Shown here in pieces: positions 11,301 through 25,298 of a stretch of 64,000 nucleotides of DNA. Source of the DNA: Lytechinus pictus. Lineage: Eukaryota. The DNA lies in the NCBI RefSeq assembly GCF_037042905.1, contig NC_087247.1, positions 38,254,001-38,318,000 on the forward strand, written 5' to 3'. The notes beneath the pieces are model-generated. The model made no database searches. It saw only the letters and a program-made list of their open reading frames with translations, and was not told the DNA's origin. Positions within the stretch are counted from its first letter, which is position 1, and the number at the start of each line of letters is the position of its first letter. A program made the position numbers and the translations under genes.

Positions 11301-14300
11301 TTCTTGAAAGAAGAAATTATCAAATTATCTATAGGTCTATAGCAAAAATTATTAAAATCCTTTTACAAAGAATAACAATGTTTCATTTCTGCGGAAAAAG
11401 ATCAAACATCAGCACTCTCATCACATGATCAGCATTACTAATTTGGTATAGTTGGTACGCCATGGGCCCATTGCTCACACAGCACACCAAGGATTTATCA
11501 TATCAAATTGACAACATACAATCTCCAAGTTATACGAACGAAGTATTTTCGACAGTAGGCATGGTAGGTCTAAATGACGGAAATATATATTCTTTTAAAT
11601 ACATGTAATTATATAACTCTCGTCATTCTATAATAAATATGGTGACGGTGCCTTGTGCATCCAAAGCTGATGAATATAGCTCCATCTACCAATGTACATA
11701 ACTGTGAGAGAAAGAAAGAGAGGGAGAGAGAAAAAAAGAGAGGGAGAGAGAGAAGGAATGAAAGAAAAAAGAAAAAGAGACAGAATGGGGGGGGGGGGCA
11801 AAAAGTGGAAGAGGACTGGTGGGGAAGGATAGAAACATGTTATATGAGATAAGAGGTAAAAACCCGCATACTCTGCACCTCCTTTAATTATGTTTGACGC
11901 CTGATATCTCAATTTTAAACATCCTTGTTGAATTAAATGCAAATATCTGGATATTCTTCCTCAAAATTGATTGGAAACCTCCCCTTCACTGCGTCAACAC
12001 CTTACTGGCAATCATATTAGGACATGCTAAACTGCGTAATGTAAGACCCCAAGTCGTGTTCGGTTACCACGCAAATTTACACGAAGCGGCAGGAAATTCG
12101 TCGATGAGAAAGGTGTCGAAAAAATCCGAGAAGAGTACGAAATTCACCCAAAAGACGGCTAAACGAAATTGTGTTTCGTAAAGGAAGTCGCGCTTGGGTG
12201 TAACAGATTCCGTCGAATGTCATGAATAAAGTAATCATTATAGGGGAAACTGGTAATAACGCTGATTTATATAAATTGTACTGTTTTATACTATCAAGAA
12301 ATTTGAAGAAGCTGTCGAAACCCGGACAAAAAGAAATAATGCACCTGCAATCTCGATTATTTTTTTAAATGCCTTATGTCATGGACCTAGCGACGAGCTA
12401 GTAATGGAGATGAAATATTACTACTACATTATCAATGGTACAGGTATACCAAAGCCCTGATCACACCAAGGAAAAGTAACTGTTCCCTGGTCACACTATA
12501 TTATTCCAAACAAATTCATACCATTCGATCCCGCACCAATAAAAAATAACGCATTATTTCTGACCATGGAGATACATCTCCATGAACAGAATTAGGTGTT
12601 TGTGTGACTGATTTAGTGATGTCATAACTGGTGGCAACTCAACGGCAACTCGATTGCAATGTTGCACCTCACAGATGCAACATATAGGGAGCTTCTTTTT
12701 TTTTTTGGGGGGGGGGGGCGGGCGCCAATGTGCACCGCAGATAGCTGTAGCCTACATTTCGCACCCTTTAGAGCGCAGGTAAATGCAGGAAAAATATAAA
12801 TTGGCTCCCTTCGAACGCAAAAAATATAATCCCCAAAACGGGTGCAATGAAATAGAATAAAATGGTAACTTTTTTCACAAGTTTTTTATAACTTTCAAGA
12901 TGCAAAAATGGTGGTCGTGGATAAAATGCTTGGATTTATTATCAGTCACTTTCATGTGATCTTGCCCCATATCAAACTACCATGACACCACCCCAGTGTT
13001 TATATCGTTTTCTTTTTTTGGGGGTATTTTTTATGATCATCCTATAGTCGACACTTCGAGTGTAAAAATTATGTTGCAAAACAGCGAAGGTGGTTTCTTC
13101 TCGATATCGTGCTAAAATAGGCAAGAGTCATGTGTGATTAAAAGGCCTTTCTATTCCTCCCCGAGGGAATTGAGAAATTGCTCAAGATAGTAATAATCAA
13201 TAATTATAATCATAGTCGGTCTCACAGGTTTCAATTTACTATGCAAATTATGAAAGGTACGGAGTCAACGAATGGAGATGGAAAATGATCCGACAAGGAT
13301 ATCGTCACCATGGTGTTATGTAAAGCATATAGATAATAACCAGCTATTTTAGGATATGAGTAAGTTAGGATGTTGAAGATTGGAGGGAAAGAGGAAAACA
13401 AGAATGCATCTCGAAGTCTTGTATCCTTCTATCCTGATAGGGTACACTCTAAAAACACTGAGTAAAATGTTACCCAATATTGGGTAGAAAGGGAACATGC
13501 ATGTTTACTGGGTATCTTTTAACGCCATATTGGGCTTTCTTTTTACACAGCCAACATGCATGTTCCCATTTTACCCAATATTGGGTAAACCTTTTTTTTA
13601 ATGTAGAGACGCGGGTTGAGCTGGATTATTCATAATTACATTAATATTGGGCCTAAAGTTTTTTTTTCTAAGTAGAAAGGAGCGGGAAACTTAGCCATAC
13701 TCTTGATATCACTTGTAATGAGAAAACGAGGTATGAAAGGTGAGGAGGGGGAATTTGGATTAAAAAAAACATCAAAATAAGAATGGAGGAGGTTACGAGG
13801 CAATATCAAGTGAATTCTCTTCCACTGAAGAAGATTATTATAGAAGATGACAATGGAGTAGAAATGAAAGGAGTGATGGGAAGAATACAAAATTGATAAG
13901 GATGAGGAAGACGAAAGGGAGCGAGGAGAAAGATCAAAGGGGTAAAAGAGGGAAGGGGGACCTTAATGGGGGATTAATGATTAGGGGGGAGAATAGATGA
14001 GAAGAAAGAGAGTGAAGAGAAGAAACACAAGAAGAGGAGCCAGCTCACCCAGTGGTAGGGAGCAGAAGTGATGGGTAGAAACAAGGAAAGGATAACTTGA
14101 GCAAAAGAGGTAGAAGTAGAAGTGAACGGGAAAATTCTTCTCACAGGTGATAGAGAGGGGAGGATAAACGGAAGGAGAACTGACAAAGCTTTTCTTTTCT
14201 TTCCCTCTCCCTTTCTTTCCGTCATTTTTCTTGCTTTGACGGAAAGAAAGAAAAAAAAGAGAGAGGGAGAAAAAAAGAAAAGCTTTGCCAGTGGACGAAA

Positions 14301-17300
14301 GAAAGAAAAAGTGCGTAAACATAAGAATAAAAACAGATCATACTATGAAGGAAGAAGATGATGGCATGAAGGAGGAGAAAGGTAGTTTGCATTCTAGGAG
14401 GAGACACCATTTGCGATAATTAAAACCATTCCTGAGTCTCCAGTTCTCGTTATAACCAACTGGACACAAATCTGTCTCGAATTAATTGGTGTACTCGCTT
14501 TGGTATTAGTTGCAATCATTATAATGACCGCAGGGGCACTGCCAAAGAAAATCCTTGCAAACAGCAAAGACATGCCAGTTGTTCATAGAATTACGATAAC
14601 TCATAAAACAATTCCGCTTTGGCTTCAACATAGACTGAAAATTGAAATATGATAACATCAATATATGACAGCATTTCTATTTTCTTAAAATAATTTATCA
14701 ATCATTATTTGTCAGTGAGCATTATAATTAGTGCTGGTAATGGAAACTGAACCAGCATCAATAACAGGATCGTTTCTTTGTTTTCATTTTCACATGCAAG
14801 ATCGAGAGCCTTTTTCAGAATGACGTCTTTAACGTTTACATTACAATTCGAATAAGTGGTATTATGCACACGACCAAATCATCTCTTCTCAATCAACGCT
14901 GTTCTAGTTTTTAGGCGATTTGTTATAACGCACAGTACAGAAAATACGAAAGTTAAGTAGTTCACAATATCCGTGTATATAATTTTATTTGAAAATACTA
15001 AAATATATTAGCAGCACGTCTTCAAGCCGTATCTAAATTGACAACTATCGCCATTAGAAAGGAATAAAACATCGATCTCTTCCGTTTGATGCACCTGCTC
15101 AAAAATGTTAGTCCCTTACTGGTAATTATGTGTAAAGGCCTACTATCAGTGTATTGAATGATATTCTACCAATCTGTATACAGTGCGTCCCAAAAAAACT
15201 ATACACTTTTGAAATGGCTGCCAAATAAAAAAATGTAGCACTTTGGGGGAAAAGACTTACATATATGGAAAGCCAATAAAGTCAACTTTGAAATAACACC
15301 AAAAAGTTGGAAAACTATTCATGCTTGAGCGAGCACTGCCCACTGAAACAAAGGGTATGAAAATTAGGGTGGGCTGGAATTAGCCTTCCAACTTATGTCA
15401 GTTTTTGAGAGGCAAATCCTTTCGAACTTGCAAAGTTAAGGGCGTTGTGATAAATTAATGATCAACCGTGACCAGTTTTGGTTGCTTAAGCAATTTTTTT
15501 AAATTATTAAATTGAACTTTAATGCATGAGTGAACATAAATTACACTTTTTGGGCAGCACTTCAACTTTATCATTTGGATCTCTTTTGGGGCAGCATTTC
15601 AACTTTATCATGTGGATATCAGCAATGTGTTCATGGGAGTCGGAAGAATAGGGGGTGAGATAGGACTTAAGTGGGAGAAGTAGGTTGATGGAACAAGGGT
15701 CAACAGAACATTCAGCCCCCGCCCCCTCCCTCTTTCCCGCCCTCCCCTCCTGTTGAGAGACTGATGGCTATTGTCATGTACACGTGAAGTCCAGAGCAGA
15801 ATGTTGATTTAATGATTAATTCTGAATTGGGGCATAAACTTTTTCCTATCAATCATTTAATCAACAATTCATCAGTAAATCAACTCATTCAATGTGCAAT
15901 GTGACCAATCAAACATTCGTTTTTTTTCAATAAATTACTTCATTAATCACCATAATCATTAAATTTCTTGGTAATCATTAAATAAAAAAAAACTGACCAT
16001 CAGCCACCGGTCACTTGGCAGTTAAGTTTTGAATAGGCTACAATCCAGGAAATGAGACAGAGAAAGAGAGAGAGAGGGGGGGGCTGGGAAATGGAGGTGG
16101 AGAGGGGAGGGTACATATGACTTTTAATTTGTAAAAGGACAAAATGAAGAGGAATGCCCTTTTAACCAAGTCTTAGCAAGTTAGCATAGCTCGGCCTGTT
16201 GCTTGTAACATGTACCATCACATTAATCTGACTATCACGAATACACTTCTGATGCCCACAAGATGAATATGCTACACTAAAATTACAATTCCTGTTCACT
16301 CATGCATAACATTTCAATTTAGTAACTCATGAAATTTGCCTAAGAAACCAAACCTTATCTCACTCATAAATAGCAGAACACCCTTAGCTTTGTAAGTTTC
16401 AAAGGACTAACCTCTCAAAAAAACTGTAAGGCTAATTCCTGCCCAAGCTTAGTCTCTCAAGAAGTGGGGGAGGGGGTAGAGATGGAGGGAGGGATTGCTA
16501 AATGTTCTGTTGACCTCTATACCATCAACGTACTTCACCTACCTACATGTAAGTCATATTACCCCCCCCCCCTCTTCTGACTGTCATGAACACATTGTTG
16601 AGATCCACATGATAAAGACAAAATGCTGCACTAAAAATTGCAATTCATGATCACTCATGCATTACATTTCAATTTAATAATGCATTACATTTTCACAAAC
16701 AACAATCTGATCACATCTGATCTTTTATTCACCAAATAACCTTCAACTTTGCAAGTATCAAACAAAAAAACCTGAAAGAAATTGGAAGGCTAATTCCGGC
16801 CCACCCTAATTTTCATACCCTTTGTTTCAGTGGGCAGTTCTCGCTCAAGCATGAATAGTTTTTCACCTTTTTGGTGTCATTTGAAAGTTGACTATATTGG
16901 CTTTCCATATCTATAAGTCTTTTCCCCCAAAGTGCTAAATCTTTTATTTGGCAGCCATTTCAAAAGTGTATAGTTTTTTTTGGGACGCACTGTAGTTGAA
17001 ACAAAATGTTATGTCATATAAGAAGTTCAAAAGGCGTAGAATAAAAACCTTAGCTTAACCCCACCCATTCTTCGATATATCAAACGAAGCTGTGATTATC
17101 TTCATTTGTGAAGTGATGTAGAACCTACATTTCTATGTTTAATGAAGTCAAACTCTTGCATAATTATCCTTAACCGTAATATTACTAAATTAATTGTATT
17201 TTTACATTCGTGAGCAATGGCATGGAACTACCCCCCCCCCCCACACACACACACAAAAAAACGCTTTCGTATATGTTCCCACCATTATCTTTCACCGTGG

Positions 17301-20256
17301 AGCTCTCGAGACACAATTCGCCTTATTTACTCGTTACCTCTCTTGCTATCTTACTCGAGACGTGCTCATTTTTCTCTACATGACACACGTCTTCTATTTC
17401 AATATAAACAAGAAAACTTATTATAATAATCGCAAACAGATCCATCCGTCATTTAATGACATCTGAGATCACGTCGATTTCATCTGACCCCGGGTCATTT
17501 GAGGTCAAGTTAGCTGAATTAGAAACAGGTGGGTATACCGTATGTGGATTTGGAAAGGAACATTAAAAAGGAGATTCAATCAGATGTAAGATCTTATTTA
17601 GAGTTTTGTCGAAATTATTGGTTCAAGGGCACATAAATACATCAGACCAATTTCATTGTCCCCGAAGATGGCACTTTTAGTAATATTTGTCTATAGTTTT
17701 CTTTATGACATGTTCCACGAGGCATCGAGTTGAACATAATTGAACATGATGGGCTATACTGAGAATGTATAAACTTAAAATTTAAATACAATCATAATGA
17801 ATATATTTCAGATATCGTAGATTAAATTGCCTCTTTTCATTTCGTCTGAGATCTGGGAGACAATTGTCCCTTTATTTGGCGGTCGAAGGGTTAATTGCGA
17901 ATGATGATGCATGAGTTAAATTGGTGCTCCCGACACAACAATCTCCACTTTCACCATTCATGATACTTGAGAAGAGAGAAACCTTGAGAAGAGTTAGAGA
18001 TGGAAACAACACATTGGGGGGGGGGGGGGGGGGCTTGGGGACATTTCCCCCCAAATAAATTTACCACCAAAAAATAAAGAGAGATAAAGTGAAAGAAAAG
18101 AAAAAGAAAAAGAGGAGGGTGAAATTGTGATTTCAGGGTGATACTGTTTTCAGAGTCTATAACAGAATTTGATTTTTAAATCAAATTGTCAATATTTGCT
18201 AGCTCGTTTCGCTCGCAACTTTTTATAAATTTTCATAATTTTTATTTTATTTTACCTGATAGGCCATATCAAAATTTTTGGCTCATTCCACCACTTGATA
18301 GAAAGAGAGAAGAAAGAGGATTGGCTTAGAAATATAGATAAAGGGAGAAAGGAGAAAAATAATGCAAATAGAGCACATGAACAGAGACAGATTGGGAAAT
18401 ATATATACCTTTGAAATGAAATTTGTTTATTCGGTATAGACTGATTAAACTCCGTGTTTAAATATGTTTACTTTTATCATGGCTCTATACACTACATATT
18501 CGACATGCCTTCGCTGATCATGATCGTTAATTAGCTTCGATAATGATGTCATCACAGTATATCTCGTGTCAAGATAACAGACTATCTACATTGATGTGAT
18601 AGTGGGTAGACGTTTTCACATACCCCGTTGTGCTCGCTCGTACAATCCTTCGTTAATTAACAACAACAGATATACACTCTTAAGATGTTGGGCAACATAA
18701 TGCCCACAAACAATTGGTTACAAAATATCAAACTTTGGGTATTTTTTAACCAATTCTGTGTAGGTCAAACTTTGGGTATTTTTTAACCAATTCTGTGTAG
18801 GTAGTTTTAACCCAAAGCACACATCATTGGTTTCAAAGTACCCAGAATTTGATAAATTTTTAACCATTTTAAGAGTGTAATAGTATACCATATATAGACC
18901 ATATAAAATATAGACCTACAGAAATTTTCTTGTTTAGTATAGATTCGGAGGATTTTTTTTTTCTTACACGTCAGATATTACTATAATTCTCCCTCTCCCT
19001 CAGTATCTTAATGTGACATTTACCTCACTCCAAATGCCACATTCACCACTTCATGAGAACTACAAAATTTGAAAAAGTTGCATTTTCAAATGTTGAAGAT
19101 CAGGGACTCCATGATAACATTCGGTTTGATGAAACTTGTAGTGTTATGCTTGTTGATTTTCTATCTGTATTGGAATGAGATTGTGATGGCTGGACTTGAC
19201 CCTCTTAAGTTCCTGGGGGTCAGATCTGACCTAATATGTATCATACCATGTACCTACTTACATGGACTTACAGACCTTACCCGAAACGGAGTGTTGCCAC
19301 AATCAAATAGGTCCATGCCACGACAAACTGATTTCGGGGTGAATCCGCAGTATTGTAGTTCCTGCCTCCCTTGAATCTCCTTTTTTTTTAATTTGTGATA
19401 TTATTTTGATGAAAGAATGTATGTCCTCCACGATTTGACGATTTACAGATAAATTTAACGGCAGGGCAACATGTAGTATGTAAATATTATATCTATGATA
19501 TACCAATTCATAACTCTCTTGACAAATCAAGCATATAAAATACGAGGAAGTTTCCAAGAGTTTCAGGTTTGCTGGCGATGAAAATGAAATTGCTCCGTAA
19601 CCATAATTATAACCTATTAACAATCATCCGAAATTCTGCGCCAATACGCCTTTGGCAAAATTGGCAAATATTGTGAAGTCTATCTTTCATTAACATTAAA
19701 CAAGATAGCTAAAAATTGCTACCGTTTACCCTGACAATAAAGTAAACCCTTTTATAATTCTGGAGATGTCCCTGGGTACGACGGTTGGAGGGCCTGGAAG
19801 GGAATCGCCTTAGGGGACAGAGAGGAGACACCCGGAGGAGACACCAGCGATGGGAGGGTATAGACTGAATATTATTTATAACTGTTATAAAACGTTCATA
19901 GTTTCATACTGTCAAATATTTAAACCCAGGAAAATTGTTTTTGAAATTTATTGACCATAAATGTCACCTTAAAATCAACATTGTTTGTGTGACCGATGTA
20001 GTTACCTCCCTGCAACAACGTTTTGGAAAAAAGTGAGAAAAACAGGATGGATTGTATCCTACAGGTCTCGCTTATGAAATGAATATTTCACCTCCTTGAA
20101 TTTGACAATACGATTCAAAATTACTTGTTAAGGAGTTTAATGAACTGCTTTATAGTACATGCCAGAATATTTACCTCCTCTTGTGATGACGACCATCGTG
20201 CCCAATACAACAGCGACATATATCATTCTCGACGCCATCGTCCTGTTCGACATCAT
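2335..20256 (-). CDS. Type I transmembrane SEA- and EGF-domain protein (mucin/IMPG2-like architecture, ErbB-ligand-type EGF motif), 517 aa, 10 coding exons
   Basis: Exons (minus): 20175-20256, 9302-9454, 8647-8765, 7589-7647, 6530-6696, 5982-6147, 4948-5009, 3683-3797, 2752-3104, 2335-2612. Total 1554 nt, all GT-AG, phases consistent. Features: signal peptide MMSNRTMASRMIYVAVVLGTMVVITRG, Thr/Glu-rich stalk, SEA-like region, EGF motif CADNTEYCLHGRCEKFAQQSFITCHCEEGFTGPRC, TM segment LYVGIIAASVIACIIVLAIILATCI followed by KKRIR, Pro/Ser-rich tail ending ILKV*. The join of the first exon across a 10.7-kb intron is the least certain part. Confidence 0.8.
5418..5883. repeat. (ATC)n-type microsatellite interrupted by a dispersed repeat with G/C-run ends (about 5560-5812)
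   Basis: Imperfect ATC/ACC triplet runs at 5418-5560 and 5813-5883. Confidence 0.75.
7675..8277. mobile_element. Kolobok/T2-type MITE (TTAA target duplication, AGG...CCT termini)
   Basis: TTAA|AGGACAAGTCCACC ... GGTGGACTTGACCT|TTAA, with long internal inverted arms (e.g. TTTCATCAAAATCGGATGTAAAATAAGAAAGTTATGACATTT and its reverse complement). Confidence 0.85.
9950..10165 (-). mobile_element. Degenerate fragment of the HINE-like family A
   Basis: CCGTCGGAAAAGCGGCG, AAAAACTTAACC and GTTCATTGACCC are reverse complements of motifs in the 5' part of the 25416-26223 element. Confidence 0.65.
13443..13605. mobile_element. Short palindromic MITE-like element
   Basis: Inverted arms TTACCCAATATTGGGTA...GGGAACATGCATGTT / AACATGCATGTTCCC...TTACCCAATATTGGGTAA. 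Begins TACACTCTAAAAA. Confidence 0.65.
13840..14400. repeat. Purine-rich (GA) low-complexity tract
   Basis: Strong A/G strand bias. A similar tract lies at about 11705-11830. Confidence 0.7.
15181..16992. mobile_element. Tc1/mariner-type non-autonomous foldback element
   Basis: TA|CAGTGCGTCCCAAAAAAACTATACACTTTTGAAATGGCTGCCAAATAAAA ... reverse complement CACTG|TA. Near-perfect arms of about 200 bp, degenerate pairing out to about 500 bp. No transposase ORF. Confidence 0.9.
18675..18877. mobile_element. TA-flanked MITE with an internal tandem duplication of about 38 bp
   Basis: TA|CACTCTTAAGATG ... CATTTTAAGAGTG|TA. CAAACTTTGGGTATTTTTTAACCAATTCTGTGTAGGT occurs twice. Confidence 0.7.
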
Positions 20257-23137
20257 TCTCCAACTTTGATGTTGTGGCCACCAGGTAAGGATGAGAGGGG
20301 TCTAATCAACAAAGGAAAGTGGATTGAAGTTGAAATGAGGTATTTTAAGAGTCAATAATTGTTCAACTTCATTATGTTCGTATTGAAGTCGGGTTTAATT
20401 TACAGATGAAAATGGTTGACAATTATACAAGAAATGATAAAACATAATCTTAAAATGATAATGTATACATAAATAAATATATATGCAGGTGATTAAGTTT
20501 AATATTGTATAATCAGTTATTGTCCCACCCTACAATTAAAAACCAGCAACATGCACGCAAGAATGTGGTCTATGAATGTTCCAATATTCCAAAAATAAGG
20601 TAAACAGCGCCATGAATATTATTCATGTTATTAAAGAGAGAGATAAATTGAATGGACAGATGGTACTTAGAACGTTTGTCGATGCATTTCGATACATTTT
20701 TTAAATATTTTGCTTAACATCCATAACTTTCAGTTTATAGGCCTATACCGCATCCCAAATTCACCCCAGGTCATGAACATTCCGTTCTACTTCTATGTTG
20801 TCTTCACAATCACATCGACCAAGCATTCCGCACAAGTTCAATATTTTGATACATGTTGGATTGTTTTCGCCTTTCTCATCGCACATTTTTACCACCTACT
20901 GGAAAAAAAAGAAATACGATTCTAAAGTTTCAAATTATGGCCCCATTCTCACCATATTCAAAGCGTCGAGTATAATCAGTATACACTGGACCAACGTGAT
21001 TTTATAAATTATAGTCCACGACTTTGGCAACCCCTGCCTATACTTTTCCAAAGTTGCGATGCCCTTGGTCTATATAGCTTGGTGTTATACCATCCTTGTT
21101 TTGATGTAACTGACCATTGTACCATCTTAACACTCTGTTCACCCTTACCAGGTTAACACTCTGTTCACCCTTACCATTGGCTTTCTTTGCAGCTCCATTC
21201 ATTTTTGTATCATATAAAGTACATTTTATTTTTCGTTTCTTATTCCTTCTGTCATTATCCCAGATATGTACAAATTATAATATACGAGCCGAATTAGCAT
21301 GACTAAAAAAGGTAAGGATCACCAATTATTTTCACCAACATTTTATTTCTTAGATTGATACCCAAGAAAAACCTCATGCTACTGTTCTAGGAAATGATGT
21401 AAGTAATACCAAAATAGCGTGATTGTACGTCAATATCTCCACCATCCTGGCTTCCTGCAAGAAGGGCGTTACTCTCATTGATAATACACACCACTGGCAC
21501 ACCACTAGCGACCTTCTAGTCGGAACATCTAAAATCCCACACAATGAAGGCACGCATTGTTTGATTTAAACATGGAGGTAGCTACCTCCATGTTTTAAAT
21601 GAGTCATGTGGAGTAAGACGTGGTGTGACATGGAGAACATGCAGTTTGGAGAAATACCACGTCCCTTGTATTCCGGGCGACTGAATTCCCGCCAATTTGA
21701 TTTCTCTTTAACTATAATCATGCTATAATGTACAAAAAAATGAGAAAGAAATATGAACACGTTCAAGGTCTAATTTGAGGTGGGCTGCAGCAGCAGCAAC
21801 GGCGGTCAGGGCAGGAACACCTGCAAGCAAAGACTGATTTATGATATTCATAATCCACAATTCATACGTTCTGTCACAGTTCTTGTTCCCCGGTCTTGTT
21901 CGAAATCTTTTACAGTGGAATTCTAAATAGTTTATCCTCACATGCACTTAAGCCTATATAGCGAACTTATGTCTATGCAATTGTGATTCAACCATCGCTA
22001 TACACACACAAAAAATAATAATAATGATAAAATCTGTGGTGTTTAGTAACTCTATGATCAAAGATTCCTAACAAATAGATAAAATTCTGCACTTGAATGA
22101 CTTTCGAAACATATAACTTTAAAATAGAAAGAGTTAAGTTAATCATTAATAAAACATAACTAAAATTCATGATAGTGACAGTTCTAAGATCAATTTAGAA
22201 ATAAGATAAGCGAGCACGAAGAAGAATAAATCAACTTAAAAACAATGCAATTAATCCAGGTGGAGCAAGAGACAACGATAACTTGGTCAACCCATGATCT
22301 TTATACCTACACAAGGGAGTGCCCAAATTCATAACTGCAGTTAAAGAATTCCCCGATTCCCCAGCGACCTAGCCTCTAGCACGACCTTGAAAGAGTATAC
22401 TCATAAACTCTTCGTGAAAACATAATTCAAAGTTAACTCTGCAGACTGCATTCAATAAGCCAGACTCATCTCAGACACTGAATGGGTGTCGATGATCCTT
22501 GTCCATCAAATCAGTGAAAATTTCATTATATATATTTTCAGGGGAATCTATAAACCAAATGAAAAGTTGTTTTGAAAGATTGATTAAAAAAATAACAACT
22601 GAGGAGCAGATGGATGGAATTTGAACAAAGTCGGGCAAACATTACAGAAAGTTATTATGAATGTGTTGAAGTTTAGAGAATTGTGATGTCATGTTGGTAA
22701 TCCTTGTTGTGTAGGTCCAGTGTTGTATTTCTTATCAAGAACTTGGACTTCAATAAGCATGCATTTTATAACCTCGTACTATAGTTGCTGAATCGTTCTC
22801 ATTTCAGGGAGATGGGAAAACAAGAAATCCATTGGCATATTGCTGCTCCCAAAATAAAGCAGGCGCAGGTCCATGCCGCCTATTCCCAACTACCCAACGG
22901 AGCAGAGTTCCCGTCATTCATCTACCTCCGTGGTGTAAACGTGCATGTTATATTTACCTTCTCCATTCTCCGTAAAAAATCAACTTCAAGAACTTCGCTT
23001 GCCACACCCATACATACCCTGCAACCTGCAACAATCACAGCTTCAAAATACTGTTCCCACTTCCCATTCCATAATACATTAAATAAGGTAGTTAATTGAA
23101 TATAATCATTCAAAATACAAGTGTGAACTCCACTTAC

Positions 23138-23330
23138 CAGAGAGGATAGTTTCTCGGAGCTGATTACTCCTTAGAAGCAACACAAGCAGTAATGTAGATT
23201 TTACTCTCATCTCAAATCGGGACCTGCCGACCTGCCCTCAGATCACACTGCGATCTACCGCTCCGCATCCGCGTCACGATAGTAACTTATCTCTGCCTGG
23301 AATAGTCTCACATTCTAGACTATACGCGAC
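23138..23330 (-). other. Putative non-coding 5' UTR exon of the SEA-EGF gene
   Basis: Strong minus-strand donor CTG|GTAAGT (intron starts at 23137). The signal-peptide exon has an acceptor (ttgattag) at 20302-20303, which implies an upstream exon. The 5' boundary is a guess. Confidence 0.4.
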
Positions 23331-23910
23331 ATAAACTTTCACTTTATTTAGAAATTAGTTAACACATTCTTCAGTGGTTCAGATAGTGATGAGTATTCAT
23401 ATAAAAATGAAATTCTCATTTTACTGATTCTTACGCGTAAGGTTTGAAATAACACGATTACAGTTTTAATCCAATGTCGCAAATAAAGGGTCTAATCATA
23501 AAGTCCAAAACTCAACAGCTGCCAACCAACGTCTTGCAGTGGGAATGACCCCCTGAAGGTACAGTGTGATGGCATGCATACGGAAGGGTCAACCAACATA
23601 AATAAAGTTCGGTGGCCCGGGTGAAACCACTTGCATTGGTCCTCGTTCACACCTCAAGCCACAGACACCTGAGGGCAACGAAACCGGCAACGAAATTTCT
23701 GGTCACATTTTGAAATTTAGGTTATAGTTTTCACTGAAACGCTAGATATTAAAACGCACGCAAATACAAATGAGAAACTTGATGATAATGATAATACGCT
23801 CACTATATGATATGTTATTCTGTTGTCTTTCAATGATTCAATATTTCACTTTGGGGCAGATTTGAGAGTATTGATAGCTGTAGGTGACAACAATGTTCAT
23901 AAGGTATTAA

Positions 23911-24510
23911 AGGGGAACACATTCCAAATTAAAACTTGTTTTTAGAGGAAAAAGAAAAATCAGACAAGTTGATAGATGAAAGTTTGAACAATACCGGACG
24001 AACAATAAGAAATTCATGACTTTTTAAAAGCTGTAAATTTTTATTGGTAATCTATCTCTACTCATGGAGACTTCAAATTGGCCGAATATATGATGTCATA
24101 GTGATGTAAGGCATAGACTAAACTTCCATGTACTCCAATACATGAAACGGCTAGTCATTTTCCCCCAAAAGTTTTACTTCAAATTATTATATTATCTTTC
24201 ATGATGACATAAAACAATATACTACCCAAGTTATATTCAGATTAATGCCCCAGGGGAATGGGTACTTACTACTTAGGAGAAAACCACTAAGTGATAAGTA
24301 CATGGCCTATGGGAAAGTTGTCCTTGCCCATATACTCATAATTTACTTAACAGTTGCCAATTTAAATTCTTCATAATCTTAGGGATCTCAAGTTTAATGC
24401 AGCCATAACTTTTTCATTGCTTGTCCGATTTATTTCAAACTTTCACGATTCTGTATTATTTATTTTCTCCTTTCTATGCAAAACCACATTTTATGACCAA
24501 GACTGCATTT
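23911..24510. mobile_element. Kolobok/T2-type MITE, second family, older copy
   Basis: Starts TTAA|AGGGGAA and is colinear with 24710-25298 over about 600 bp. The right end is degenerate. Confidence 0.8.
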
Positions 24511-24709
24511 TTAACTAATAAAATGAAGAATAAGACAAGTAGTATCAGTGGGTGATATATTTGGTTCCCCCATTTGCTCAATGATCGGGTGACTGTTTCA
24601 TTTTTGGAAAAAAAAACATACTCATTTTCATTCAATTTGATGAAATTTGTAAAATCAAATTAACATTTTGTTGGGGGTGAATGAATCTCTCATTCAGAAA
24701 ATATCTTAA

Positions 24710-25298
24710 AGGGGAATTCAACCCAAATAAAAACTTGTTTTTATAAGAAAAAGAAAAATCAGACAAGTTGATAAGTGAAAGTTTGAACAATATTGGACAA
24801 ACACGATAAAGTTATAATTTTTTAAAGTTGTAAATATTGGTAATCACTATACCCATGGAGACTTCAAATTGGCCGCATATGGGATGGCATAGTGATGTAA
24901 GGCAAGGACTACTCTTCCATGTACTCCAGTACATATTATGGCTAAAATGTCATTTTTCCCAAAAGTTTTATTTCAAATTTTTTTTTTTATGAGGACATAA
25001 AACAATATACTACCTGGATTATATTTAGATTACTGCCCCAGGGGAGTGGGCACTTAGGAGAAAACCACAAATCCCTGATAATAAAGTACATGGCCTATGG
25101 GAAAGTTGTCCTTGCCCCTTGTCATAATTTACTTACCCAGTTGCCAATTTGAAATCTACATACTATTAGTGATCTCAATTTTAAAGCAGCTATAACTTTC
25201 TTATTGCTTGTCCGATTTCTTTCAAACTTTCGCCATTCTTTTTAATTTATTTTTCTCCTTCCCAACACAACATTTTATGGCCAAGGCTGGATTCCCCT
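24710..25298. mobile_element. Kolobok/T2-type MITE, second family, intact copy
   Basis: TTAA|AGGGGAATTCAACC ... GGCTGGATTCCCCT|TTAA. Confidence 0.85.

Noticed and set aside
13974-14410. Hydrophobic or Lys/Arg-rich ORFs (also 5697-5888, 11628-11942, 39464-39715, 43403-43729, 52137-52388)
   Set aside because: These are translations of microsatellite or purine/pyrimidine-biased low-complexity DNA.
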